Origin: Macrostomum lignano
Lineage: Eukaryota
DNA: 64,000 bases
NCBI GenBank assembly: GCA_002269645.1
Contig: NIVC01000130.1
Location: 186,001 to 250,000 of the forward strand
Reading direction: 5' to 3'
Positions 11,577-23,793 of this stretch are shown here, piece by piece. Below the pieces are notes generated by a model. That model searched no databases, was not told the origin of the DNA, and was given only the letters and a program-made list of their open reading frames with translations. The position numbers were made by a program, and so were the translations under genes. Positions within the stretch are counted from its first letter, which is position 1; each line of letters begins with the position of its first letter.

Positions 11577-14500
11577 ATGGCGGTGAGCTACGCCAGCAAC
11601 ATCTACACTAAAGAGAAGCTGTTCTTTTTAAAACTGCTCTTTCGCTGGAACGGCAGTGTTTGGCAATTGCTCTGGGTTGATTTTTTATTCTTTGTATTGG
11701 CCTACGTCAGCTTAGCTGTCTTGTATCATCAATTATTATCTTCTACAAGGCGAATTACATTCGAAGCTGTTATTCGCAGTATTGGATCAATTCGAACTTC
11801 AGTGCCGTTGTCCTTTATGCTCGGCTTCTTTGTCTCTTCGGTTCTTAGTCGGTGAGTGTTTTATCGATAAAATCGATAAAAATCGATAATTGATAATTGC
11901 ATATTGTAAAAGTGAAGGTTAAATTAAATAATTAAATTACATCAAATTGCACGGGGTATTAAATGAGCTAATTGCTGATAAAATTAATTGAAATTCCAAG
12001 ACCTAGCCTACATTCGGCTTTTTGTTTTTTGAACTAATCCATGCTAATATATTTTTAAACGGAGTTCACAAAATCACGATTCACAATGTACAGAAATTTA
12101 AACAAATCCAAAAGTTTGCTTTCTTAACTATTAACACACCGGGTAGTTTTTTATTTCCAGGACCAGAGGTCTTAAAAAATGTTTACCTATTTTCACAGTG
12201 AGAAGTTTCGATCTTGTAAAAAGCAACCCACAAAATGTTTGTTTTAGTTCCAATCTAGACTATAGTTCATCGTGTACTATTAGTAATATTATTGTTTACG
12301 GATCGGAATAAAAAACTTAAACTTTTGAAAATCTGTACTTTTACTTGGAGGGGAAGTAAAAAAATGCGTAAAAATAACTAAGAATGGATTTTTTCTCCTG
12401 TGTCCCTGTGGGTTTTCGCAGACGGTCTGTACTGTACGGTCCTCGTGCCCTTTCTAGGTGAAGTCAGACTTGTGGAAATCTATCTAGCTAGCTGGAGCCA
12501 GTAATTTTAACCCTCGTGTCGAATTTCTTGTTTCTCTATCTCCCTTTCCATCTCGACTGACTCAGTGCGGCATTATGATTTCGTTCGCCCGAACCAAACC
12601 AACCAGGCTTAAACTTCTTTAGTTTTTTTAACTAAAGTTAAAAGGCGAAAAAAGCAATTTCCATATTAGGCACCTTGTTACGAGCGTGCTGACTTTAAAA
12701 TTATTTTTTCCTAGAAAGATTTGGGCCTTGGCTCTCTGGCTTGGTTTCTAATTTTAGCGTTTTTTATTTAGGTAAGAGATAAGGTGGTTTACCCTCGGCC
12801 TCAACTTCCTTCACCCTTGTTAGCCTTAGCCTTAACAAACGAACGTCCTGTCTGACTGACTGACTGACTGATGAAAAAGTAAAGAGCGTGTACTTTTGTA
12901 AATATTATCTGAAGCGAAGGCTATACAAACCAAGCGCACGATAAATCATTGCTTGGAATTCGTGGAAAATTCCACTTGGTAATTTCCACGTGCACGGATA
13001 ACTTCAAGTTTTTTTCTATCCTAACAAGCATCAAGCCAAGTGAAATAGCGAAAGCCCCATTCAGCACCACGACAGATATACGTTGGTTTACCGGCTTTCA
13101 GATCATTTCTAAGAAAACCAAGTGCAGTGTGGAGTTAGAGTCATTACCTACTTGAGTTAATAACTTTTTACTGTAATCATCTATATCATATTGTAACATC
13201 GTTATTCCATTAAAATCGCATCCATAAGACAGTGGATAGATAGCAGGCAATAAAAAAGGCTTGGTCTCTTGGTTGTTCGACATGAGTTCGATTTTTAGAA
13301 AACGACAACTGCAATTTACGACTCCACTTTTATTAAGCGACTGGTGGAAGATGTCTGTCTAACTCCCAGGGACTTGGATTGTCTGTTAACGCAGAGGGAG
13401 AGTGGCAGAAGAGGGAGAGGGAGAGTGGCAGAAGAGGGAGAGGGAGAGTGGCAGAAGAGGGAGAGGGAGAGTGGCAGAAGAGGGAGAGGGAGAGTGGCAG
13501 AAGAGGGAGAGGGAGAGTGGCAGAAGAGGGAGAGGGAGAGTGGCAGAAGAGGGAGAGGGAGAGTGGCAGAAGAGGGAGAGGGAGAGTGGCAGAAGAGGGA
13601 GAGGGAGGGTGGCAGGGAGAGGGAGAGGGAGAGTGGCAGGGAGAGGGAGAGGGAGAGTGGCAGGAAGAGGGAGAGGGAGAGTGGCAGGAAGAGGGAGAGG
13701 GAGAGTGGCAGGAAGAGGGAGAGGGAGAGTGGCAGGAAGAGGGAGAGGGAGACTGGCAGGAAGAGGGAGACTGGCAGAAAGAGGGAGAGTGGCAGGCAGA
13801 TAGAGACTAAGAGGGAGAAGGAGACTGAGAGGAAGATGAAGAGTGGAAGGTGGAGGAAGTGAGTGGATACTGAGAGGTGGAGACAGTAGATTGTAAGAGA
13901 AGGAAAATAGAAGAGAGCAGTGATGGTAAATAAATTATATGATAGTTTTTGCTATCAAGATCTTACGAGAAGTATTAGTCTTAGTCTATATGATTTTACT
14001 TCCCGAATTCAAGTGATTAAGGGGCTGCACTGCATATTTGTGCAAATTCAACCCGCACCATCACCCCACCCCGCACGCATCCTAATCCTGCCCAGCTGGT
14101 GGAGCATGTGCATGGCGATCCCATGGATGCACGCGCCAGCCTTCTACGCGCAAGGCCTAATCGAGAGCTGTCACAAATCGAAATCCGATATTGCTAGAAA
14201 AGTTCGAATCACTGTGCTGCGATATTTCAACCTGGCCTGGATACTAATGATGGCCACTATTTCGCTGCACATCAAGCATCGGTTCGGTTTTATGCGACCG
14301 AAGAATACTCGAGAGTTTAAGCTTACCTGGCGACAGAGACTCGAACTGATCAATTCCGATGCTAAAGTGCAGAAATATTTTGGCAAACTGATCACTGAGG
14401 AGGAGATGCAGGTGTTCGCTAGGTCTGCTGAGCTGTCTAAAGACACCGATTGGACTTATACGCCTGAGTACTGGCTGCCTCTTGGCTGGGCTAACAGAAT

Positions 14501-17500
14501 TATGAGGCGGGCTAAGAATATTGGTGAGTTTTATGTTTTTTTTAGTTTCATTGATTTAATCCTTCAATTTTGATTCAGTATTCTGGTGTTTCTGAGTCTT
14601 TGTGTCTGGGTTGCCTCTGAGTCTTTGTCTAGGGTTGTCTAGAGCTGAGCCTGTCGGTATGGGGGGTGTCCGACTCGAGTCTTTGTCGGTCTGGGTTGTC
14701 TGAGTCTTTGTCTAGGGGTGTCTCTGAGTCTTTGTCTAGGGGTGTCTCTGAGTCTTTGTCTAGGGGTGTCTCTGAGTCTTTGTCTAGGGGTGTCTCTGAG
14801 TCTTTGTCTAGGGGTGTCTCTGAGTCTTTGTCTAGGGGTGTCTCTGAGTCTTTGTCTAGGGGTGTCTCTGAGTCTTTGTCTAGGGGTGTCTCTGAGTCTT
14901 TATCTAGGGTTGTCTAGAGCTGAGCCTGTCGGTATGGGGGGTGTCCGACTCGAGTCTTTGTCGGTCTGGGTTGTCTGAGTCTTTGTCTAGGGGTGTCTCT
15001 GAGTCTTTGTCTAGGGGTGTCTCTGAGTCTTTGTCGGTCTGGGGTGTCTGAGTATTTGTCTAGGGATGTCTCTGAGTCTTTGTCGGCCCTGGTGTCTGAG
15101 TCTTTGTCTGGGGTTGTCTCAGATTCTTTGTATCTATCTGGCATTTCCTCTCAGTCTTTTGTCACTGTACGCCTGAGATATGTCTTTAGTCTCCTCTCCG
15201 CTGTGCCTGCGCTGTGCGCTGTTCATGTTACATCGATCCTAGTCAAGGGGATGGGGGAAGAAGGATCCAGTTCCTTATCTTTACAGAGAGTTAACTATAT
15301 TAGCATGCATGTTCTGTATAGCATGCTTGAACTACTATCGCATGTTGGCATAAATTTGGGATTTGCAGTCAGCTTCAGCTGGTTAACTGGTTCGTCCTCA
15401 TCACTCGTGCAGCGTTATATGTATAGATAATAATACTACTAATATATATACTAAGATAAACGAGGATCTGGCTAGTCTTTTACATCCTGCCATCCCTCGA
15501 GGCGTAGAGGCAGGCCACTGCCAATTTAATTCAGTATGCAACTACTAGCCTGAGCTGCAGTAGCTAGCACACAATTTTGCAGTTTCGCTTGAAAATAATC
15601 AAGGAATGAAGGAAAACGATTAGTGAGATGAAGGGAATCTAACAGTGAGATGTCGAGATGAAGGGAATCTAATAGTGAAATAAAGGGAACCTAATAATGA
15701 GATGAAGGAAATCTAATAGTGAGATGAAAGGAATTCGATAATGAGATAAAGGGAATCCGATAATGAGATGAAGGGAATCCGATAATGAGATGCAGGGAAT
15801 CCAATAATGAGATGAAGGGAATATAATGAGATGAAGGGAACCTAATAATGAGATGAAGGAAATCTAATAGTGAGATGAAGGAAATCTAGTAGTGAGATGA
15901 AGGGAAACTAATAGTGAGATGAAGGGAACCTATTAGTGAGATGGAGGGAAACTAATAGTGAGATGAAGATAATCTAATAGTGAGATGAAGATAATCTAAT
16001 AGTGAGATGAAGGGAAACTAATAGTGAGATGAAGGGAACCTATTAGTGAGATGGAGGGAAACTAATAGAGATGAAGGTACTCTAATAGTGAGATGGAGGG
16101 AATCTAATAGTGAGGTGAAGGAAATCTAGTAGTGAGATGAAGGGAAACTAATAGTGAGATGAAGAGAATCTAATAGTGAGATGAAGGGAACCTATTAGTG
16201 AGATGAAGGGAATCTAAAATTGAGATGCAGGGTAATCTTTCAGAGTGAGATGAAGGGCTGACGTGAGTAATATGTTGAAATTCGGGGTCTCAATTGAGAC
16301 AAATCCCAAATCCCTAACGCACACCGTCGCAGGCTGCATCGCGGACGAGCGCCAGTTCCTGTGGATGGTGACGATCGCGCAGAACTTTCGCAACGATCTC
16401 GGCATTGTGTGGACCTACAGCGAGTTTAACATCCCGCTGGTGTACACCCAGGTCGCCGTCACGGCCGTGTACATCTTCCTGTTCTCCACGCTGCTGTCAA
16501 CTCAGCTGATTGAGTCGGAGGTGGGATTAGATCGGCACTCCCTTGTCAACGGCTCCAGAGTCGACGAGCCGGGGAGCACCACCGGCGTGGAAGTCCTGTC
16601 CCATATCCCCATTTTGGGCTCGTTGGAGTTCATCTTTTATCTGGGTGAGTTGTTAATAGGGGGGGGGAGCGTGTAAAACTGGAGTCACTCAGCACATTTG
16701 CGTGTAAGCTTACTTTCAATTCAGTAGTATGTTCAACAGAAGCATTTTCGTGTATTTTAAAGCCAAGGCATTTATTGGCTCTTACCCCCAGCTTAAACCC
16801 TCCAATCGCGCCTTTTCACACTACGCCCCAGGCGTCACCCCAAATTTTATTGCCTTTCTCGGAATTCCAGTCTAAAGCTGCCATGTACATTTCAGTGGAC
16901 TGGCCAATGTACATTATTGCTGAACCAATTAGCAAGTTGTTTACGCCTGCGAGCTTGGGCTTCTAATCTTATCAAAGTCATTTCAGCTGGCTTGATTTTT
17001 ATAAAATAGCTTTTGTTTTCTTCTTTGCTACTGAACTGGAAGTAGAAAGCTGTTTCACTAAGTATACAGTATATGCCTGAGTGGCCCATCTAAATTTTAG
17101 TATCTGTGGACCAAGCAAAAAATATCCCAAATCTACAACCCGACCAAACTCAAAGATCCCAAATCCTCAACCAGACCAATCTCAAAGATCCCAAATCCTC
17201 AAACAGACCAAACTAAAAGATCCCGAATCCTCAACCAGACCAAACTCAAAGATCCCAAATCCTCAACCAGACCAAACTCAAAGATCCCAAATCCTCAACC
17301 AGACCAAACTCAAAGATCCCAAATCCTCAACCAGAACAAACTCAAAGATCCCAAATCCTCAACCAGACCAAACTCAAAGATCCCAAATCCTCAACCAGAC
17401 CAAACTAAAAGATCCCGAATCCCAACCAGACCAAACTAAAAGATCCCGAATCCTCAACCAGACCAAACTAAAAGATCCCAAATCCTCAACCAGACCAAAC

Positions 17501-18377
17501 TAAAAGATCCCGAATCCTCAACCAGACCAAACTAAAAGATCCCGAATCCTCAACCAGACCAAACTAAAAGATCCCGAATCCCAACCAGACCAAACTAAAA
17601 GATCCCAAATCCTCAACCAGACCAACTGAAAGATCCCAAATGACAAATACTAAGATTCGCGAATCCCAACCTGCCCCAGGCTGGTTCAAGATCGGCATGT
17701 GCCTGATGAACCCGCTCGGCAAGGACAAGGCCGACCTGCCTCTGTCGGAGATCCTCAACTCCAACTTGAAGGTGTCGGTGAAGCTGGGCGGCGCCGAGGA
17801 CTCGCTGTTCCCCGCAGGCCTCACCGACAACGGCGAACCAGAGGAGCAGCAACTCGCCGACCTGTTCCGCACCTTCGACTTCAACGAGGTGCACTCTAAC
17901 GACTCGTTCGGCACAGCCGAAGAGACGGAGGCCCACCTGACCAGAGCCCTGTTGAAGCGGCTGCAACGTCAGGGCAAGGATCTTGTGCACCACCTGGACG
18001 TATTCCAGCTGTCCAGCGGCGCCAAGGCCAAGGCCAAGGCCAACGCCGAGCGCAAGGAAGCTTTAAAATCGCTCACCAAGCCGCAGCAGCAGCAGCATAA
18101 ATTTCAGCAGAAGCAGCAGAAACAACAACAAAAGCAGGGCCTGGTCAGCTTGAGGCCCGCGACGCTGCAGCACCCCAGATCCGCTTCCATGATCGGGCCT
18201 GACACCTCCTCGGTGAACATGTCTCTGGGCGATGATGACAGCAACATCCTGGTGCTAGAAGTCGATGCCAACAGCCAGCAGCGGCGGTCTGACCAGCAGG
18301 AGCAGGGCATTGCCAGGGCTGAGAGTCTGCCTCTCCTGTCTGGCGATGGGAGGGCCGCGTCTGAGCCTCTGGTGTGA
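11577..18377 (+). CDS. BEST: Bestrophin family anion channel (divergent), 4 coding exons, about 570 aa
   Basis: Exons 11577-11851, 14096-14523, 16333-16644, 17680-18377 total 1713 nt with consistent phases (2,1,1). Family motifs: LLFRWNGSVWQLL, VPLSFMLGFFVSSVLSRWW, RYFNL, YWLPLGW, IPLVYTQV, GWFKIGMCLMNPLG, NLKVS. Confidence 0.93.
13395..13860. repeat. Purine-rich minisatellite, 23-bp unit GAGGGAGAGGGAGAGTGGCAGAA
   Basis: Tandem copies in bestrophin intron 1. Confidence 0.9.
14590..15135. repeat. Minisatellite, 24-bp unit TCTGAGTCTTTGTCTAGGGGTGTC, with a duplicated ~60-bp interrupting block
   Basis: The block AGAGCTGAGCCTGTCGGTATGGGGGGTGTCCGACTCGAG occurs at ~14641 and ~14907. Confidence 0.9.
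15610..16255. repeat. Minisatellite, 22-bp unit AATAGTGAGATGAAGGGAATCT
   Basis: Tandem copies in bestrophin intron 2. Confidence 0.9.
16677..17110. mobile_element. TIR element (MITE family B), diverged copy in bestrophin intron 3
   Basis: Shares CACTCAGCACATTTGCGTG, AAAGCCAAGGC, GGAATTCCAG.CTAAAGC, GCTACTGAACTG.AAGTAGAAAGCT and ATGCCTGAGTGGCCCATCTA with the 62 kb copy. The left end is eroded and there is an internal insertion of about 100 bp. Confidence 0.65.
17115..17665. repeat. Minisatellite, 32-bp unit AGATCCCAAATCCTCAACCAGACCAAACTCAA
   Basis: Tandem copies ending just before the exon 4 acceptor. Confidence 0.9.
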
Positions 18378-18489
18378 TCTGCCAAGGGCTTCGATGCTTG
18401 ACAATTTGACAGTTTAAATCCCTTTTTAGCTTTTAAATCAGCTCATTGGATTGAGGGAATTAATGCTGAACCCACATAATTAATCCTGG

Positions 18490-19390
18490 ATTCTCCTCGA
18501 CTCATCCCGAATCTCAAATCCCACAGATCCCGAATCCCAAATCCCCCGATCCCGAATCCAAAATCCGCTAGATCCCGAATCCCAAATCCCATGGATCCCG
18601 AATCCAAAATCCCTCATATCCCGAATCCCGAATCCCCTAGATCTCGAATCCCGAATCCCAAATCCCAAAGATACCGAATTCCAAATCCTCCAGATCCCGA
18701 ATCCCAAATCCCATAGATCCCGAATCCAAAATCCGCTAGATCCCGAATCCCAAATCCCATGGATCCCGAATCCAAAATCCCTCATATCCCGAATCCCGAA
18801 TCCCCTAGATCTCGAATCCCGAATCCCAAATCCCAAAGATACCGAATTCCAAATCCTCCAGATCCCGAATCCCAAATCCCATAGATCCCGAATCCAAAAT
18901 CCCCCAGATCCCGAATCCCCTAGATCCCGAATCCAAAATCCCCCAGATCCCGAATCCCCTAGATCTCGAATCCCGAATCCCACAGATCCCGAATCCCAAA
19001 TCCCCCATATCCCAAATCTCAAATCCCCCATATCCCAAATCTCAAATCCCCCGATCCCGAATCCAAAATCCGCTAGATCCCGAATCCCAAATCCCATGGA
19101 TCCCGAATCCAAAATCCCTCATATCCCGAATCCCGAATCCCCTAGATCTCGAATCCCGAATCCCAAATCCCAAAGATACCGAATTCCAAATCCTCCAGAT
19201 CCCGAATCCCAAATCCCATAGATCCCGAATCCCAAATCCCCCATATCCCAAATCCCCTAGATCCCGAATCCAAAATCCCCCAGATCCCGAATCCCCTAGA
19301 TCTCGAATCCCAAATCCCATAGATCCCGAATCCCAAATCCCAAAGATCTCGAATCCCAAATCCCATAGATCCCGAATCCCAAATCCCAGA
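18490..19390. repeat. ATCCCGAATCCC-type minisatellite with higher-order repetition
   Basis: Tandem AGATCCCGAATCC(C/A)AAATCC variants. Confidence 0.9.
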
Positions 19391-19809
19391 AATCGCCGAA
19401 AGTATCTATACCTAAGAAGCGTTAATCCTAATTACTGGATTTCAATATTTTCAGTTTGGGATCTTCGATTCCAGACAGTCATAGAATCAGTACCCCGCAT
19501 ACTATTGATTTAAATCGCTTTATAAACTGCCTGTTGCTATTTAAATTTAGTTTTTTAGCCACATACTAAAGTACATTAGGCTGAAGGTTAGGGTTAAAGT
19601 TCTGCTTTTATTTGCTTATTAGTTAGTCTTGCATGGCTAATTTTTATGCGTCACCTTTAACCTTAGCCGCTGCCATGCACTGTTTCTGTTTGTCAATCGC
19701 GTTAATTAGGTGTTTTTAAGTGTTTTTTGTTGTTGATAAATGGTCAGCGAGTCTCCGTAATTTGTAATCCGCTCTGATTGGTACTGTCTGAACTTGACAA
19801 CTTGATACT

Positions 19810-20260
19810 CTCGCACCTCTCTCATGTCTTCTCTCTCCCTCACCTCTCATCTCTCCCCTCACCTCTCATCTCTTCCTCTCACCTCTCATGTCTTCCTCAC
19901 TTCTCATCTCTCCCCTCACCTCTCACCTCTCCCCTCACCTCTCATCTCTTCCTCTCCTCTCTCCCCTCTTCTCTCTCATCTCTCTCATCTCTCCCTTTCA
20001 CCTCTCATCTCTCCCTCTCTCCTCTCTCTCCCCTACCCTCTCTCCCCTCTCCTCTCTCACCTCTCCCCTTTCTTCTCTCTTTCTCATCTCCCTTGTCATT
20101 TCTCCCTTACCTCTACATTTTCTTCTCTCCTCCCACTCACATCTCTCTTTCCCCGTCTCTCATCTCTCATCTCTCATCTCTAATCTCTCATATCTCCCTT
20201 CTCTTTACTCTCATTTATGTAATTTCTCCCCTCCTCTCTCCTGTCATTTCCCATCTGCTT
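19810..20260. repeat. CT-rich low-complexity tract
   Basis: Direct reading. Confidence 0.85.
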
Positions 20261-20889
20261 TCCCTTTAATGTACTTGTCCTATCACATGATTTATTTTCA
20301 TTGTTTTCGACTTTCTGCTTTGCTAATCCCCATCACCCCATTTTTAATTGTCCTGGTGTTTTTGCAGTTCACAATTTGTTTTTTTGTTTCTTCCAAATAT
20401 CGCTGCACAATCGTCTGACTATCATTTTTACCCAGTCTGATCGAATAAACACAATATTTTGTTTAACAATAAGATCGTTCGCCCTCTTCCTGTTTTAAGT
20501 GTCTGTGCTAGTATTTCTCGCTTTTTGTGTTTTCCGGCTTTCATCGTGCCGTTTTTGTGTGTCTAATTTTAATTTGCTACTTACTCTACTAACAGAGCCG
20601 ACAGTAGTATACAGCGCAAGTGTTTCTGCACATAATTTTCTTAATTATAGACCTCTTGCATATTGCACACAGTTAATTAGACTGTATAAAACCGTACTGC
20701 GATAAACTTAAGTTTAATCAGTTGTAAGCCAAATTTGTATATGTAGTACGACTATTATTATTATCGTTATTATTATTATAATTATTACAAATGCTTTTTA
20801 GCTTAAAAATAAAGTACAGCTTCTACAATTGCTATTTTTGTTTTTGCATTAAATCCATTTCTGTAGTTCTCTGAGTTTATAATTTTGAC

Positions 20890-21230
20890 CATCTATCTTA
20901 TCTATGGCGCTTATCAATATTATCCATGGCGCTTATCAGTCTTAACCATGGCGCTTATCAATATTATCCATGGCGCTTATCAATATTATCCATGGCTCTT
21001 ATCAATATTATCCATGGTGCTTATCAATCTTATCCATGGCGCTTATCAGTCTTATCCATGGCGCTTATCAGTCTTAACCATGGCGCTTATCAGTCTTATC
21101 CATGGCGCTTATCAATCTTATCCATGGCGCTTATCAATCTTATCCATGATTTTAGCAATCTCATCCAAATCAATACTATCCATGGCGCTTATTTACATTT
21201 ATCTTATCCATGGTGTTAAAAATCTTATCT
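20890..21230. repeat. Minisatellite, 22-bp unit ATGGCGCTTATCAATCTTATCC
   Basis: Tandem copies, with degenerate copies out to ~21550. Confidence 0.88.
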
Positions 21231-21959
21231 AATTACGCTTAACAATTATATATGACGCTTAAAAATCGACTTACCAATAGCGCTTAACAGTCCTTTCCAT
21301 CGCGCGTAATAAACTTTTCTATGATGCTTATCAGTCATTCTCTGTAGAGTTAAATATGTACATGTACATTTGTACATTCATGGCGCTTATCAGTATGCCT
21401 GTGGCGCTTAACAATATTTCTCTGTCCCTTATCGATCGTGTACAGGAGGCCTTGAATCTATGGCGCTTATCGATCCACTTATCAGTATTAATCTGCGAAT
21501 CCTAACATGTACAGGGGCGCTTAACAATATCATCCGCGTTGCTTATCAATCAGTCTCAGCTGGTGCATAAAACTGCATATTTTGTCAATTTATTTTTTTA
21601 GTCTTAGGCCTTTAGTTTTTTTAAATTGCAGCATAATGTCGGTATCATGGTCGACCTTATAATCTAGCTTTACTCGGAGTTGGGACAAGTGAATAATTGA
21701 AGTCCTTCAATTAAAGGACAAGGATGCATTCATTATTTTAACATGCACCCGTAATGTGCTTTTTCGAAATTCTAATTTAAATTAAAAAGCCAATCAAGAC
21801 TCGAAGGAACTTAACAAAATTAACAAAATTAAATATATGTTTGAGCGTCAAACGCGTGAGCAGAATATCAGCTTTGTAATTTCGTTGAGCCCAAATAAGC
21901 AAAAAAACAGCTTGTGAGAACTTGAGTGTAGTTTCACAATTAATCTAGTTTGTTTGTAG

Positions 21960-23575
21960 AACTATTCCCTCTCATCTTCCCTCTCTCACCGCTTCTCCCC
22001 GCTCCCCTCTCTCCCCTCTTATCTCTCCCCTCTTATCTCTCCCCTCTTATCTCTCCCCTCTTATCTCTCCCCTCTTATCTCTCCCCTCTCCTATCTCATC
22101 TCTCCATCCTCTCTTATCTCTCCCCTCTCCTATCTCATCTCTCCATCCTCTCTTATCTCTCTCCTCTCCTATCTCATCTCTCCATCCTCTCTTATCTCCC
22201 CCCTCTCCTATCTCATCTCTCCATCCTCTCTTATCTCTCCCCTCTCCTATCCCATCTCTCCCCTCTCCTCTCCCATCTCTCCCCTCTCCTCTCCCATCTC
22301 TCCCCTCTCCTCTCCCATCTCTCCATCCTCTCTTATCTCTCCCCTCTCCTATCTCATCTCTCCATCCTCTCTTATCTCTCTCCTCTCCTATCTCATCTCT
22401 CCATCCTCTCTTATCTCCCCCCTCTCCTATCTCATCTCTCCATCCTCTCTTATCTCTCCCCTCTCCTATCCCATCTCTCCCCTCTCCTCTCCCATCTCTC
22501 CCCTCTCCTCTCCCATCTCTCCCCTCTCCTCTCCCATCTCTCCATCCTCTCTTATCTCTCCCCTCTCCTATCTCATCTCTCCATCCTCTCTTATCTCTCC
22601 CCTCTCCTATCTCATCTCTCCATCCTCTCTTATCTTTCTCCTCTCCTATCTCATCTCTCCATCTTCTCTTATCTCTCTCCTCTCCTATCTCATCTCTCCA
22701 TCCTCTCTTATCTCCCCCCTCTCCTATCTCATCTCTCCATCCTCTCTTATCTCCCCCCTCTCCTATCTCATCTCTCCATCCTCTCTTATCTCCCCCCTCT
22801 CCTATCCCATCTCTCCATCCTCTCTTATCTCCCCCCTCTCCTATCCCATCTCTCCATTCTCTCTTATCTCCCCCCTCTCCTATCTCATCTCTCCATCCTC
22901 TCTTATCTCTCTCCTCTCCTATCTCATCTCTCCATCCTCTCTTATCTCTCTCCTCTCCTATCTCATCTCTCCATCCTCTCTTATCTCTCTCCTCTCCTAT
23001 CTCATCTCTCCATCCTCTCTTATCTCTCCCCTCTCCTATCTCATCTCTCCATCTTCTCTTATCTCTCTCCTCTCCTATCTCATCTCTCCATCCTCTCTTA
23101 TCTCCCCCCTCTCCTATCTCATCTCTCCATCCTCTCTTATCTCCCCCCTATCCTATCTCATCTCTCCATCCTCTCTTATCTCTCCCCTCTCCTATCCCAT
23201 CTCTCCCCTCTCCTCTCCTATCTCTCCCCTCTCCTCTCCCATCTCTCCCCTCTCCTCTCCCATCTCTCCTCTCTCCTCTCCCATCTCTCCCCTCTCCTAT
23301 CCCATCTCTCCCCTCTCCTCTCCCATCTCTCCCCTCTCCTCTCCCATCTCTCCCCTCTTCTCTCTCATCTCTCAATTCTCCTCTCTGAATTCTCCTCTTC
23401 TTCGGTCTTATCTCTCTCCTCTCCTATCTCATCTTTCCCTCCCCTTATCTCATCTCTCCCCTCTCCTCTCTCATCTCTCTATTCTTCTCTCTCATCTCTT
23501 CTGGTCTCCTCTCTTCCCTCTTCTCTCTCCCCTCTCCTCTTTCCTCTCTTTCTTTTTCTCTCGATTTTCTCTCTC
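21960..23575. repeat. CT-rich 30-bp minisatellite CTCTCCTATCTCATCTCTCCATCCTCTCTTAT-like, upstream of NPF
   Basis: Source of the 574-aa [12 protein letters not shown]. Confidence 0.9.
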
Positions 23576-23793
23576 TTCTCTCAGGCCAGGACAAAAGTTT
23601 GGTCCAAATCCTCACAGCAACGCACCCAATCAGGTACGCACACGGGGGTTTCTCAACAGTCCCAAGTCCAATAAGCAGCGACTGAAAAGCGGTACAAAAA
23701 TCCCAAAACTGATCCACCAGAGCCGACCTCTGCGATAAACTGTGAGCTAGAGTTGAGAACTTTTTTTCTGAGAAGAAACTGACCACTGCCGAT

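Noticed and set aside
15583-15625. Acceptor-like TTTTGCAG in bestrophin intron 2
   Set aside because: In-frame stop within 14 codons; the 16333 acceptor restores the conserved alignment.
21950-23674. 574-aa [12 protein letters not shown]
   Set aside because: Translation of a CT-rich 30-bp array; no exon signals or domain.
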